From Candidatus Omnitrophota bacterium (GTDB taxonomy: Bacteria > Omnitrophota > Gorgyraeia > JAHJTE01): DNA of 64,000 bases. Below, piece after piece: positions 37,789-51,085 of the stretch; within the stretch, counting starts at the first letter, position 1; each line of letters starts with the position of its first letter. A program made the translations under genes and the position numbers. A model generated the notes under the pieces. The model was given only the letters and a program-made list of their open reading frames with translations, ran no database searches and had not been told where the DNA came from. Where the stretch lies: assembly GCA_040753675.1 (NCBI GenBank), contig JBFMEB010000006.1:4561-68560 (forward strand), written 5' to 3'.

Positions 37789-39435
37789 ATGATAAGTGAC
37801 AAAGAATTAGAAAAAATTCTAAGCGTTGTTAAGCGGCTAAAAACCCAAGCAAATGTAAGCAGGCCAACCGAAGCAGAACTGCGCAAAGAAGCGCAGAGTT
37901 TTGCTACCCCCACCGAGTTTGGTAACTATAATTTTGTTTCTTCGGTAAAAAATAGAAGTGCTGGCCTTACCGTATATGTTGGCTCTACAGAGGTTGCTCA
38001 ATCCGCGTTAAGCCATCGTCAAAAAGAAATTGTCAAGAACTTGCCCCAGACCCTTGCTACGCTTTTTTCCTATTTAGAGAGAGCGCCTTTTGTTTATACT
38101 AAAAATTCTATGGGTGATAATCCTTACTTTGCTTGCCAATGCAATCTTTTTGTTTCTGTATATCGCAAGGAAATGGTAAGACTTAGCTTTATGGTTAACC
38201 GTACGCTTTTCCCAGCCAATGATTCTGCCAAAGCACAAGGTCCGGATTTTTATTTAGTATATGTCCCTGAATGGCAAGAGAAAGATAGGCAAATTTTAGT
38301 TTTTCCCGAAATCGGTGTAACCTTTGTCTTAGGAACGGATTACTACGGAGAAGCAAAAAAGGGTTTTTTACGTTTAGGAATGTGGTATGCTAAACAGCGG
38401 GAAATGTTGGGATTGCACGCTGGCTCTAAGATTATTTATGCTAAAGATGCAAAAACTGGGAAAATCAAAAAATATTCTATGCTTATCTTTGGTCTTACTG
38501 CAACCGGTAAGACCACACATTCATGTCACGACCACGGCCTTAATTTAAAAGGCGAGGGTATTGAGATTGTCCAGGATGACGTTGTATTTTTGTGTAAAGA
38601 CGGCTCTACCTTAGGCACAGAAAGAGGTTTTTATCTTAAGACAGAAGGCGTAAGCCTTAAAACCCAACCGCTTATTTACAAAGCAGCGACCAGCCCACAC
38701 GCTGTGTTTGAAAATGTCTCTGTTGATTATAGAGGTAAGGTTTATTTTGACGACGATACCCTGACCGGAAACGGCCGGGGAATTATGCAACGAGATGATT
38801 TTGGCAAATTTAAAAGTAAGAGTATTAATACTCCTTCTTTGGCTGAACTGGACGGTATGATTATCGCTCTGATTACCAGGCGCAACACCGTAGTTCCGAT
38901 TGCTGCAAAATTAAATCCGGAACAGGCAGCGGCATTCTTTATGTTAGGAGAGTCTATAGAGAGTTCAGGTTCTGATCCTAAGCGCGCCGGCGAATCAGTG
39001 AGAGAAGTAGGTACTAATCCGTTTATAATCGGTGAGGCTTCTTATGAAGGTAATTGGTTTTATCAGTTTTTAAAATCCCATCAGGATAAAATTAGTTGCT
39101 TCTTATTGAATACTGGTGGCATCGGCGAAATAATAGAAGTCACTGAAGAGGGCTCTAAAATAACTAAACGCAAAGTTGAGCGCGTTGCAATTTCTGAAAT
39201 GGCTGCAATTATTCGCGGCATTGTTAGAAATTCCATTAAATGGACGAAAAGCAATTATTTCAATTATGAGGTGCCGCAGAAAGTGGAATCTATTGATATT
39301 CTTCGTTTTAATTTAGCGAATTTCTATTCTCCTGAAGAAATTCAGGCATACCTTAATGATTTAAAGGCGGAACGCGCAGAATATTTTCAGAAGTTCTCCA
39401 GGCTTAATCCTGCCATTATTAATTCAGTCCAATAA
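37789..39435 (+). CDS. pckA: Phosphoenolpyruvate carboxykinase (ATP), divergent type
   Basis: DYYGEAKKG, LHAG, FGLTATGKTT, QDD, FYLKT, NGR, LNTG. Confidence 0.85.
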   Translation: MISDKELEKILSVVKRLKTQANVSRPTEAELRKEAQSFATPTEFGNYNFVSSVKNRSAGLTVYVGSTEVAQSALSHRQKEIVKNLPQTLATLFSYLERAPFVYTKNSMGDNPYFACQCNLFVSVYRKEMVRLSFMVNRTLFPANDSAKAQGPDFYLVYVPEWQEKDRQILVFPEIGVTFVLGTDYYGEAKKGFLRLGMWYAKQREMLGLHAGSKIIYAKDAKTGKIKKYSMLIFGLTATGKTTHSCHDHGLNLKGEGIEIVQDDVVFLCKDGSTLGTERGFYLKTEGVSLKTQPLIYKAATSPHAVFENVSVDYRGKVYFDDDTLTGNGRGIMQRDDFGKFKSKSINTPSLAELDGMIIALITRRNTVVPIAAKLNPEQAAAFFMLGESIESSGSDPKRAGESVREVGTNPFIIGEASYEGNWFYQFLKSHQDKISCFLLNTGGIGEIIEVTEEGSKITKRKVERVAISEMAAIIRGIVRNSIKWTKSNYFNYEVPQKVESIDILRFNLANFYSPEEIQAYLNDLKAERAEYFQKFSRLNPAIINSVQ

Positions 39436-39470
39436 GTAACGCAGATGATCACTGATGTCAGCTGAACCGG

Positions 39471-39572
39471 GTCAAAAGTTGTCATACAATTGTCATACCA
39501 TTGTCATATGTTGTTTTTATAATATATGACAATACTTGACTATTTATGACTATGTATGACTTATTGCTGTCT
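39471..39572. repeat. 10/11-nt periodic palindromic element, copy 2
   Basis: gtcaaaagttgtcatacaattgtcatacc... matches 13463-13566. Confidence 0.85.
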
Positions 39573-39681
39573 TAATCTAGTTAATTTTGATACTATTGCT
39601 TTTTTGGCTGAATTGTCGTAGAATAAAACATTGGTTTATAGATTGTTTTGCCTAACGTAGAGACCTTAATGGAGGTAGAGT

Positions 39682-41265
39682 ATGCACCATATTTTAGTTA
39701 GTGATAAGCTCGCCGAAGAAGGACTTAAAATTTTCAATTCAGAGAAAAGCTTTAAAGTTGATGTTAAAACAGGGCTTAGCCCTAAAGAACTCCAAGCCAT
39801 TATCAAGGATTATGATTGCTTGGTAGTAAGGAGCGCCACAAAGGTAACTGCGGATATTATACAGGAAGCTAAAAACCTTAAAATTATTGGCAGAGCTGGC
39901 GTTGGCCTGGATAATGTCGATTTAGAGGCAGCGAATAAAAAGGGCATTATCGTCATGAATACTCCTGCTGGTAATACTATCTCCACGTCTGAACACACCA
40001 TGAGTTTAATCCTTTCTTTATCCAGGAATATCCCCAGCGCAGATGTTTCAATGAAGAAAGGTGAATGGGAAAGAAATAAATTTATGGGGGTTGAGCTTTA
40101 CGGCAAGACTCTGGGCCTCGTGGGTATGGGTAAAATCGGCAGCGAGGTTGCAAAACGCGCTCTTTCCTTTGGAATGGTTGTTATTGCTTATGACCCGTTT
40201 TTATCCAAAGAGGCAGCAAGCCAATTGGGCGTTGAACTCGTAGAATTAAAAGACTTGCTTACTCAGAGCGACTATATAAGCATTCATGCACCATTGACTG
40301 ACGATACCAGAAATATGATTTCAACTAAAGAATTAGCATTGGTTAAAAAGAGCGTAAGGATTATTAATTGTGCTCGGGGCGGCATAGTCGACGAGAACGC
40401 ATTAATCTTGGCAGTAAAAGAAGGTAAAATAGCTGGTTTTGCCTTAGATGTTTACGAGAAAGAGCCGCCTGGGAAAAATGAGTTTCTAGACTTAAACAAT
40501 TGCGTTCTTACTCCTCATTTAGGGGCTTCCACCGCAGAAGCACAGGTCAATGTTGCCATCCAGATTGCCGAGCAGATACGCGATGCACTTTTAGGTAAAG
40601 GCATACGTAATGCTGCTAATTATCCTTGCCTGGAGCCAGAGGTTTGCAAGGTTATGAGTCCATATATAACCTTAGCAGAAAAGCTCGGCCTTTTTGCCAG
40701 TCAGATAGTTGAGGGCAGAATTCAAGACATTAACATAACATATAGCGGCGAAATTGCAAAGTACGATTTAAAGACATTAACTATGGCAGTTACCAAGGGT
40801 ATACTTTATTCGATGTTGCAGGATAGTGTTAATTTCGTCAATGCCTTATCACTTGCCCAGGAACGCAGAATAAAGGTAAACGAGATAAAATCAAACAGAG
40901 TAGAGGAGTTCGCAAACCTAATAGAAGTGATTATTAAGACTGACAAAGGGCAGTTAAGAACTGCTGGAACGCTTTCTGCTAATGGCCAGCCCAGGATAGT
41001 TCTTATAAATAATTTTTATGTTGAGGTATCACCATCCGGTTTTATGTTGGTCATTGATAATATTGATAAGCCCGGAATCATTGGTACTGTCGGGACAGTC
41101 ATTGGCAAAAATAAGATAAATATTGCAGGCATGACGTTCGGAAGAGAGTCTCAAGGAGGCAAAGCCATAACTGTTTTGAATGTTGACAGCGCAGTATCGG
41201 ATAAGGTAATCTCTGAAATAAAGGAAAATAAAAATATTAAAAAGGTGCGTTTTATTAAACTATGA
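39682..41265 (+). CDS. serA: D-3-phosphoglycerate dehydrogenase
   Basis: RAGVGLDN, GMGKIG, NCARGG, TPHLGAST, ASB and ACT domains. Confidence 0.95.
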   Translation: MHHILVSDKLAEEGLKIFNSEKSFKVDVKTGLSPKELQAIIKDYDCLVVRSATKVTADIIQEAKNLKIIGRAGVGLDNVDLEAANKKGIIVMNTPAGNTISTSEHTMSLILSLSRNIPSADVSMKKGEWERNKFMGVELYGKTLGLVGMGKIGSEVAKRALSFGMVVIAYDPFLSKEAASQLGVELVELKDLLTQSDYISIHAPLTDDTRNMISTKELALVKKSVRIINCARGGIVDENALILAVKEGKIAGFALDVYEKEPPGKNEFLDLNNCVLTPHLGASTAEAQVNVAIQIAEQIRDALLGKGIRNAANYPCLEPEVCKVMSPYITLAEKLGLFASQIVEGRIQDINITYSGEIAKYDLKTLTMAVTKGILYSMLQDSVNFVNALSLAQERRIKVNEIKSNRVEEFANLIEVIIKTDKGQLRTAGTLSANGQPRIVLINNFYVEVSPSGFMLVIDNIDKPGIIGTVGTVIGKNKINIAGMTFGRESQGGKAITVLNVDSAVSDKVISEIKENKNIKKVRFIKL

Positions 41266-42428
41266 TTCGTAAATCGTCAATCTTTTTCCTAAGCCTCATC
41301 ATAATTTTTTCTCTGTGTCAAATTTTGTTTGCCAGTCCCCGCGTAAATATCTTAGGTCTCTCTGATGGGTTTATAGATTTAGGTAAAATGAAAGAGGGCG
41401 TTAGCAAGAAAAGTTCGATTTCAATCGAGAATGCCGGCGATGAGATTCTTATTATTAAATCTGTCCAGCCAAGTTGTGGTTGCGTAAAAATCATAAGCCC
41501 CCAGAAAGAGCTATTAATAAAACCGAAAGAAAAGCAAGAGATTGTATTTAGCTTTAATTCCACTGGTTACTCTGGCATTACTAAAGAATATCTTTATTTG
41601 GAAACTAACGATCCCAGCCAAAAGAGTCTGAGGATAGAGGCAAGAGCTTTGGTGTTACGTTCTCTATCGTCTATAACAAAGAGGTTTATGCAATTCAGCC
41701 CTGTTTTTATTCTAAGCGCCGGACTTGTTGATGGGATAAATCCCTGTGCATTTACTGTAATCGTATTTTTTATGTCATTTTTATTTTTTGTCGGCTATTC
41801 TCGAAAAGAGATTTTTATCGTAGGCGGCTCTTTTATTTTGGCGGTTTTCCTTACCTATCTTTTAATCGGATTAGGAATTTTAGGGACACTAAGACATTTG
41901 TCTAGTTTTGTCTATATCAGCCGTATTTTATATTACCTGACCGCGATTTTGGCTTTTATCCTGGGGCTTTTAAGTCTTATTGACTTTTGGCAGTATCATA
42001 AGACTAAAAGTTTGCAAAATATAATTTTAAAATTACCTGATTTTTTAAAAAACAGAATTACTCGGGTAATAAATAAAAGTTTAGATAAACGACGCCGTAG
42101 CATCAAAGATATCTTTTCTTTAATTGCTGCTTCGTTTTCCTGCGGCATTATTGTCTCTCTTTTAGAAAGCGCCTGCACCGGCCAGATGTATTTACCTACC
42201 ATAGTTTTTATGCTCAAAAATTCTGCTTTAAAATTGCGTGCCTTAGTATATTTATTATTGTATAATGTGATGTTTATTTTCCCGCTAATCATCATCTTTT
42301 TATTAGCCGGTTTTGGCGTAAGTTCGCAAACATTTTCCCGCATAGCTGGGAAAAATATAGGCATAATTAAGTTATTAACAGCAATTTTATTTTTCGCTTT
42401 AGGGGTTTTCTTGTTATTGGTAATTTAA
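41262..42428 (+). CDS. DUF1573 Ig-like domain fused to DsbD/CcdA-like transmembrane domain
   Basis: PSCGC motif; DGINPCAF and ESACTGQMY TM cysteines. Confidence 0.7.
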   Translation: MIRKSSIFFLSLIIIFSLCQILFASPRVNILGLSDGFIDLGKMKEGVSKKSSISIENAGDEILIIKSVQPSCGCVKIISPQKELLIKPKEKQEIVFSFNSTGYSGITKEYLYLETNDPSQKSLRIEARALVLRSLSSITKRFMQFSPVFILSAGLVDGINPCAFTVIVFFMSFLFFVGYSRKEIFIVGGSFILAVFLTYLLIGLGILGTLRHLSSFVYISRILYYLTAILAFILGLLSLIDFWQYHKTKSLQNIILKLPDFLKNRITRVINKSLDKRRRSIKDIFSLIAASFSCGIIVSLLESACTGQMYLPTIVFMLKNSALKLRALVYLLLYNVMFIFPLIIIFLLAGFGVSSQTFSRIAGKNIGIIKLLTAILFFALGVFLLLVI

Positions 42429-42429
42429 T

Positions 42430-43305
42430 ATGAAAAAAATTCTCCCTCTTTTATTATCAGTTTGTCTTTTTGCTTTTAATAATGCTTTTGCGAGCCAGTT
42501 AAGCATTATTTATACTGGCGAGACCTACGCTACGCTTTTTCCCTGTCATTGTCCGGCAGAGCCTGCTGGAGGAGTTAGCCGCAGAGCAACTAAGATTAAC
42601 CAATTACGCAAGGAAAACCCGAATTCGCTCCTTTTAGAAGTAGGCAATTCTTTTGCTGGAGGTAGTAGGGATTATAATAAACAGGCAGAAGAGTTAGATA
42701 AGCAAAGGACCAAGGTATATTTTAAGTGTTTAAGTTTAATGGGCTATGATGCAGTAATGGCAGACGAGGGATTTCTTCGTTATGGCAAGGATTTTTTAAG
42801 GGAGATTGTACAAGAGTCCGGCCTTGAGTTTATTAACTTAAGTAGCCTGATTTTTAAATCTCATATTATTAAGGAGATAAACGGATTAAAAATTGCAGTT
42901 ATAGGTTTTGAGGGATATAATGAGCAATTCGGATTGAGTAAAGATAGGATTGACGAACTTAAGAGATTAACTGACAAATTGAAAAAAGAAAATATTAATC
43001 TTGTTATTGTTTTAACTGACCAGAATGAACAAGATATTTACGAACTGACTAAAAATGTCGAAGGGATAGATTGCATAATTAGTACTGTTAACTATGGCAC
43101 TAATCAAAAACAGGTAATCACAGTAGGACAGACGCTTTTAGCATTGTCTTATTGGCAGGCGAGAAGACTAACTCGACTAAATTTAAATGTTGAGGATGGA
43201 AGAATAAAAAGTTATTCTTTTGAGGAGATAAAATTAACTCCTGATGTACCGGATGACCCCGAAGTGGCAGCATTACTGGCAAAATACCCAGAGTTTAAGA
43301 GATAA
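42430..43305 (+). CDS. Secreted 5'-nucleotidase-like metallophosphoesterase-fold protein (degenerate)
   Basis: Signal peptide; IIYTGET..PCHC..GGVSRR, LLLEVGN, MGYDA. Confidence 0.6.
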   Translation: MKKILPLLLSVCLFAFNNAFASQLSIIYTGETYATLFPCHCPAEPAGGVSRRATKINQLRKENPNSLLLEVGNSFAGGSRDYNKQAEELDKQRTKVYFKCLSLMGYDAVMADEGFLRYGKDFLREIVQESGLEFINLSSLIFKSHIIKEINGLKIAVIGFEGYNEQFGLSKDRIDELKRLTDKLKKENINLVIVLTDQNEQDIYELTKNVEGIDCIISTVNYGTNQKQVITVGQTLLALSYWQARRLTRLNLNVEDGRIKSYSFEEIKLTPDVPDDPEVAALLAKYPEFKR

Positions 43306-43330
43306 AATTGTACCTAAACGGAGAATTCCT

Positions 43331-45837
<2,507 letters not shown>

Positions 45838-45839
<2 letters not shown>

Positions 45840-46001
45840 AATTCCAAATTGCAAGCACCAAATAACAAACAATATCTCTGCCTGCCGGCAGGCAGGCAAT
45901 ATCAAAATTACAATGACCAAAACTTAATTTTTAAAAGTTTGTAATTTTACTCATTGGAATTTGAGATTTATTTGGAATTTGGGATTTGTTTATTGGAATT
46001 T
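45838..46001. repeat. Empty heptad-periodic palindromic element (ATTCCAA/TTGGAAT family) with nested GC palindrome
   Basis: attccaaattgcaagcaccaaataacaaac..caatgaccaaaa / ttggaatttgagatttatttggaatttgggatttgtttattggaattt; sibling at 61165. Confidence 0.85.
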
Positions 46002-46097
46002 AACAGGGGCAAAAAAGAAAAATGGTATTACAATTCCCCTATGGGGAAATAATTTCATGACAGCCAGGACTAAACAAAAAAAGGAGGGTTTTTAAAA

Positions 46098-48191
46098 ATG
46101 GGTTTGATTCTTCTCGCACCTTTGGGTTCTTTATTAGCGTTGTTTATAGTGGGCGTTTTAATCATATGGATTCTTCGCCAGCCTGAAGGGAATGAAAGGA
46201 TGATAGAGATTGCCCGCTATGTGCAGCAAGGCGCATATACCTATATAAAGCAGCAATATAAAATCGTGGGTATATTTTTCTTTGTTGTCTTCTTTCTATT
46301 ATTATTTTTGGCACTAAAAGGGCACTTGGTAATATTTGTCCCGTTTGCTTTTTTAACTGGTGGATTTTTTTCCGGACTTTCTGGCTTTATCGGTTTATCA
46401 GTTGCAGTACGCGCTGGTAACCGTACTGCCCATGCTGCGACTAAAAGCCTGAATTCTGGTTTGCGTGTTGCTTTTAATGCTGGCTCAGTTATGGGTTTAA
46501 CTGTGGTAGGTTTGGGTCTTTTGGATTTGTCTATCTGGTATTTTCTTCTTGATTGGTATTATACAAGCCATCCTGTTTTAATCGGAGCAGACAAAATCAG
46601 CGCAATTACTTCTACAATGCTTTGTTTTGGGATGGGAGCAAGTTCGCAGGCGTTATTTGCAAGAGTAGGAGGAGGAATATTTACTAAGGCAGCTGATGTT
46701 GGAGCAGACTTGGTAGGTAAAGTTGAGGCAGGCATACCTGAGGATGATCCACGAAATCCGGCGGTTATTGCTGATAATGTGGGCGACAATGTCGGCGATG
46801 TTGCTGGAATGGGCGCAGACCTTTACGAGTCATACGTTGGTTCAATTGTCGCCACTATGGCTTTGGCTGTAGCAGCAGGCTTAGGCGTAAAAGGAGTTAT
46901 TGTGCCAATGACTATGGCTGCCTGCGGAGTGCTCGCTTCAGTTATTGGTATATTTTGCGTGAAAACAAAAGAGGCAGCAGGCCAAGCGGTGTTATTGAAT
47001 GCGCTAAGGAGAGCGATAATCATTACTGGAATTTTAACTGCTATCAGTTCTTATCTGGTTATAATGGCAAGTTTGGGTAGGAGTTATTTCGGAGTTTATT
47101 TATCAGTATTAACTGGATTGCTCACAGGAATATTCTTGGGTTTATCTACTGAATATTTTACTTCAAGTCGCTATAGGCCAACCATTAGTATAGCTAATTC
47201 AGCCTCAACCGGGCCAGCTACAGTAGTGATTGCCGGAATGTCAGTTGGGATGCTTTCGACTTCAATACCGGTTTTGCTTGTCTCAGTAGGAGTATTAGCT
47301 GCGTTTTATTTAGCAGGCGGTGCTAACAATTTCAATCTTGGCCTTTACGGAATCGGAATTGCTGGTATAGGCATGTTAAGCACGTTAGGCATCACCTTGG
47401 CTACTGACGCATACGGTCCGGTTGCTGATAATGCTGGCGGTAATGCGCAGATGTCAAATTTAGACCCAGAAGTGCGCAAGCGCACAGACAGTTTAGATGC
47501 GCTCGGTAACACTACTGCTGCTACGGGCAAAGGATTTGCCATTGGCTCAGCTGCTTTGACAGCCTTGGCGTTAATTGTTGCTTACAAAGAACAAGTAGAG
47601 ATTTTAGGCGGACATTTTGATTTAAGTTTCTTAAATCCTAAGTTGATTACCGGGATATTTATCGGCTCTATGTTGGTATTTTTATTCTGTTCGCTCACCA
47701 TGCGCGCAGTGGGAAATGCTGCTGGGAAAATTGTCATTGAAGTTCGCCGGCAATTCAAAGAAATTGTAGGACTAATGGCAGGGACTGCAAAAGCTGATTA
47801 CAGCCGTTGCGTTAAAATTGCAACTCAAGCAGCTCAGAAAGAAATGGTTTTTCCATCGTTATTGGCAATTACTTCTCCTGTCATAGTCGGTTTATTAATG
47901 GGCTTGGAAGCCGAGGTTGGATTACTTATGGGAGCACTTGCCAGCGGCTTTATCGTAGCTATCATGATGGCTAATTCTGGAGGTGCTTGGGACAATGCAA
48001 AGAAATATATCGAAGAAGGTAATCTGGGCGGCAAAGGTTCACTGGCTCATAAAGCAGCAGTTGTGGGCGACACAATCGGCGATCCCTTTAAAGACACATC
48101 AGGGCCTTCTTTAAATATCTTAATAAAGCTAATGTCAATGGTTTCTATTGTATTTGCTTCCGTGGTCATCAAGTATAGTCTGTTTAAATGA
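46098..48191 (+). CDS. hppA: Membrane Na+/H+-translocating pyrophosphatase, K+-dependent type
   Basis: [26 protein letters not shown] (Ala variant), GDPFKDT. Confidence 0.95.
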   Translation: MGLILLAPLGSLLALFIVGVLIIWILRQPEGNERMIEIARYVQQGAYTYIKQQYKIVGIFFFVVFFLLLFLALKGHLVIFVPFAFLTGGFFSGLSGFIGLSVAVRAGNRTAHAATKSLNSGLRVAFNAGSVMGLTVVGLGLLDLSIWYFLLDWYYTSHPVLIGADKISAITSTMLCFGMGASSQALFARVGGGIFTKAADVGADLVGKVEAGIPEDDPRNPAVIADNVGDNVGDVAGMGADLYESYVGSIVATMALAVAAGLGVKGVIVPMTMAACGVLASVIGIFCVKTKEAAGQAVLLNALRRAIIITGILTAISSYLVIMASLGRSYFGVYLSVLTGLLTGIFLGLSTEYFTSSRYRPTISIANSASTGPATVVIAGMSVGMLSTSIPVLLVSVGVLAAFYLAGGANNFNLGLYGIGIAGIGMLSTLGITLATDAYGPVADNAGGNAQMSNLDPEVRKRTDSLDALGNTTAATGKGFAIGSAALTALALIVAYKEQVEILGGHFDLSFLNPKLITGIFIGSMLVFLFCSLTMRAVGNAAGKIVIEVRRQFKEIVGLMAGTAKADYSRCVKIATQAAQKEMVFPSLLAITSPVIVGLLMGLEAEVGLLMGALASGFIVAIMMANSGGAWDNAKKYIEEGNLGGKGSLAHKAAVVGDTIGDPFKDTSGPSLNILIKLMSMVSIVFASVVIKYSLFK

Positions 48192-48229
48192 TGGCAGATA
48201 TTGAGGCGAAAATTATCTGCTTATTAAAC

Positions 48230-48258
48230 TTGACTTTAGAAATAAATTATGTTAATCT
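48230..48258 (+). promoter_or_regulatory. Putative sigma70 promoter
   Basis: TTGACT-17 nt-TAATCT with TG extension. Confidence 0.45.
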
Positions 48259-48317
48259 AAATCTCTAACCTTATAGTATCCAAGGAGTTAAACTTATAGT
48301 AATAACAGGAGGGTTGT

Positions 48318-48965
48318 ATGTTAAGATCTAAAACCATTAGTATTTTAGTAATTTTATTTTTACTGAATTTCTTGGTTTCGGGTTGTTCCGTAATTTTTCA
48401 AAAAGGCAGACGTTCCGATGTTCAGAGAATCAGAGAATTAGAAAGTAAACTTGCTGAGTTAGAGAAGGCAAGAACGGCCTTAGAAAGAAGCCTATCAAAA
48501 GAAATTGCTGATAAGCAAGTCAGCCTAGAAATGGCAGAAAAAGGCCTGGTAGTAACATTTTTAGCTGAAATTCTTTTTGATTCTGGAAAGGCAAAGATTA
48601 AGAAAGAAGCTATGCCGATTTTAGACAAGGTGGTTAATGTTGTAGAGACCGTGGTGCCGGATTTGAGCATTGGTGTCGAAGGGCATACTGATAATCAGCC
48701 TATAAAATATTCTGGCTGGAAATCTAATTGGGAGCTTTCTACTGCCAGGGCTACAAGTGTTATTCATTATTTTATTGACGAGAAGGGGGTAGAGCCGAGT
48801 CGACTTGCAGCAGTAGGTTATGGTGAGTTTAAGCCAGTAACCAGCAACGATACGTCAGAAGGCCGGCGTAAAAATAGGCGAGTTGAGATAGTGATTATGC
48901 CTAAAATTTCTAAGTCTCAAGAGGTCTCTGATGTGAGAGAGGGCTCAGCCAAGACTTTAAAATAA
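48318..48965 (+). CDS. OmpA/MotB-family peptidoglycan-binding lipoprotein
   Basis: Lipobox VSGC; LFDSG, VEGHTD, NWELSTARA, NRRVEI. Confidence 0.9.
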   Translation: MLRSKTISILVILFLLNFLVSGCSVIFQKGRRSDVQRIRELESKLAELEKARTALERSLSKEIADKQVSLEMAEKGLVVTFLAEILFDSGKAKIKKEAMPILDKVVNVVETVVPDLSIGVEGHTDNQPIKYSGWKSNWELSTARATSVIHYFIDEKGVEPSRLAAVGYGEFKPVTSNDTSEGRRKNRRVEIVIMPKISKSQEVSDVREGSAKTLK

Positions 48966-48977
48966 AGGAGACTGTTT

Positions 48978-49343
48978 ATGGAATGGTTAAAAGAAAATAC
49001 GAATATCTGGATTGTAACTATGTTATTAATCGTTTGTTTTTTTTGGGCACTATCTTCGACAGTAGCCTTAAATAAATTAAAAAGAGAAATAGGAGATTTG
49101 AAGGGCTCAAAATTTTCTTTGGAAGAGCAATACGATTCGCTTTCAAAAGCCAAGCTTGAGTCTGATAGTAAGCTTGATGAACTTACAAAAACTCTTGAGC
49201 AGGAAAGAAAGATATACGCTGATACTTTGACTGAGCTCAATCAGGAAAAGTTAAACACAAAAGCGCTTAAAGCTGAGTTAGAAAAAACTGCAAGACTCAA
49301 TGAAGATTTACAAGCCCAGCTAAAGAAAGCTGGTGTAAAGTAG
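48978..49343 (+). CDS. Membrane-anchored coiled-coil hypothetical protein
   Basis: N-terminal TM, heptad-rich body, SD AAGGAG. Confidence 0.6.
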   Translation: MEWLKENTNIWIVTMLLIVCFFWALSSTVALNKLKREIGDLKGSKFSLEEQYDSLSKAKLESDSKLDELTKTLEQERKIYADTLTELNQEKLNTKALKAELEKTARLNEDLQAQLKKAGVK

Positions 49344-49376
49344 GTTTCCAAGACTCTTAATCTAGCCGTCAAATTC

Positions 49377-49401
49377 TGGGGGATATAAAATCCCCCATTT
49401 T
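49377..49401 (+). terminator. Intrinsic terminator
   Basis: tgggggat-ataaa-atccccca-tttt. Confidence 0.7.
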
Positions 49402-49404
49402 GTT

Positions 49405-49548
49405 AAGTGAGACCACCCCGCCCTTTTGGTTAGGGCGGAATTGAAAAATAAAAATATATCTCGCCAAAAGGGCGGGGTTAAATTCGCAGACGACCTTACG
49501 GTCTACAGCTTACGTCGTTAACACTCCGTAAGTTGTCTGCTCATTTAA
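49405..49548. mobile_element. Composite: truncated GA-hairpin start + 64-bp TIR element + mismatch hairpin
   Basis: 15-bp TIR accccgcccttttgg (49415-49429 / 49464-49478); hairpin 49478-49548 homologous to 10192-10265. Confidence 0.75.
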
Positions 49549-49549
49549 A

Positions 49550-50275
49550 ATGAGTAGCAAATTAAATTTAGACCCAAAGACAATTCCTCAACATGTTGCC
49601 ATAATTATGGACGGCAATGGCCGCTGGGCTAAGAAGCAAGGTCTTCCTAGATCAGAAGGGCATAAAAAAGGCGTAGAGAGAGTTAGGGAAATTGTCGAAG
49701 AAGCAGCCAGGCTAAAAATAAAGGTACTTACCCTTTATGCCTTCTCAACTGAAAACTGGAAGAGGCCTAAGAAAGAAATTAATTTATTGATGAGGCTGTT
49801 AAAGGTTTTTTTAAACAAAGAAATAAAAAATTTTAATAAGAATAATATTCGTTTTGAATGCATTGGCAGGATTAGTCAATTGCCTGCTTCGGTAATAGAA
49901 TCATTAGAGCGGGTGAGACATATTACTAAAAATAATAACGGTTTGATTCTGAATTTGGCTCTTAATTACGGAAGCCGGCCTGAGATTATCGATGCGCTAA
50001 ACAATATAATCAAGGATTATTCCAGCGGCCGCTTAAATGAAAAAAATATCGATGAAAATATTTTTTCACAATATCTATACACTAAAAATCTTCCTGATCC
50101 GGATCTATTGATCCGCACCAGTGGCGAACAGAGAGTTAGCAATTTTTTGCTTTGGCAGATTTCTTATGCCGAATTATTTTTTTCTAAAAAACTTTGGCCA
50201 GATTTTAGTGCTGATGACTTTTTTGAAGCAATTCTTGAATATCAGAATAGAGCCAGAAGATTTGGGGGTATTTAG
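49550..50275 (+). CDS. uppS: Undecaprenyl diphosphate synthase
   Basis: IIMDGNGRWA, FSTENWKR, RTSGEQRVSNF. Confidence 0.96.
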   Translation: MSSKLNLDPKTIPQHVAIIMDGNGRWAKKQGLPRSEGHKKGVERVREIVEEAARLKIKVLTLYAFSTENWKRPKKEINLLMRLLKVFLNKEIKNFNKNNIRFECIGRISQLPASVIESLERVRHITKNNNGLILNLALNYGSRPEIIDALNNIIKDYSSGRLNEKNIDENIFSQYLYTKNLPDPDLLIRTSGEQRVSNFLLWQISYAELFFSKKLWPDFSADDFFEAILEYQNRARRFGGI

Positions 50276-50281
50276 TCGGCT

Positions 50282-51085
50282 ATGGAATTAAGGAAAAGAA
50301 TTTTAAGTTCGATTTTACTTATTAGCATAACTATTGCTGCTATCAAGATATCGTGGCTGTTTGGTATTGTTGCTACGGTTTTGATTGCGTTGGCCTTAAA
50401 CGAATTTTTTGCAATGGTTCAAAGCAACGACATCAAGGTGTTTCGTTATTTTGGAATTTTAATTGGGATAATTATACCCATATCCATATTTTTTAAGTTT
50501 GAATTAACCAGAAGCTGGGAGTTGTTCTTTATCATTTTATTATTTATTTGCCTTTTTCTCTTACAACTAAGCCGTAAGGACATAGCTGCTTCACTGGTGG
50601 CTATTTCTGTTACTATCTTTGGGATTCTTTATATTTCCTGGCTTTTTAGTTTTATTATAAAGTTACGCTTAATCTCGCCCTATGGCGAAAGCTTAGTGGG
50701 TATGCTCATCCTTACGGTTAAATCTGGAGATATTGGAGCTTATTTAGTGGGCTCGCGTTTTGGAAGACACCCGTTAATTGCGCGTATTAGCCCTAAAAAA
50801 ACAGTCGAAGGAACAATAGCTGGGTTCGTCTGCAATATGTTATTCTGTTTAGTTAGTAAAAGTTTTTTGCCGATATTTAGTTATGGACACCTGATTTTCC
50901 TTGGTTTATTTATGGGTGTGATGTCTTTATTTGGGGACTTGTCTGAATCTTTAATCAAACGCGATTGTAAGGTTAAAGACGCAGGTAGCCTATTTCCCGG
51001 CTTAGGCGGTGTCTTGGATGTTCTAGATAGCCTTCTTTTTACAACTCCGGCAATTTATTTTTATGTGAGCGTAATATTAAAGTGA
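50282..51085 (+). CDS. cdsA: Phosphatidate cytidylyltransferase
   Basis: ISPKKTVEG, GDLSESLIKR..VKD..PGLGGVLD. Confidence 0.95.
   Translation: MELRKRILSSILLISITIAAIKISWLFGIVATVLIALALNEFFAMVQSNDIKVFRYFGILIGIIIPISIFFKFELTRSWELFFIILLFICLFLLQLSRKDIAASLVAISVTIFGILYISWLFSFIIKLRLISPYGESLVGMLILTVKSGDIGAYLVGSRFGRHPLIARISPKKTVEGTIAGFVCNMLFCLVSKSFLPIFSYGHLIFLGLFMGVMSLFGDLSESLIKRDCKVKDAGSLFPGLGGVLDVLDSLLFTTPAIYFYVSVILK

Noticed and set aside
46002-46075. Possible c-di-GMP-I riboswitch upstream of hppA (GGCAAA ... ATGACAGCCAG)
   Set aside because: Only the terminal words match; I could not form the P2 stem with GNRA loop or the P3 stem. An Infernal search with RF01051 would settle it
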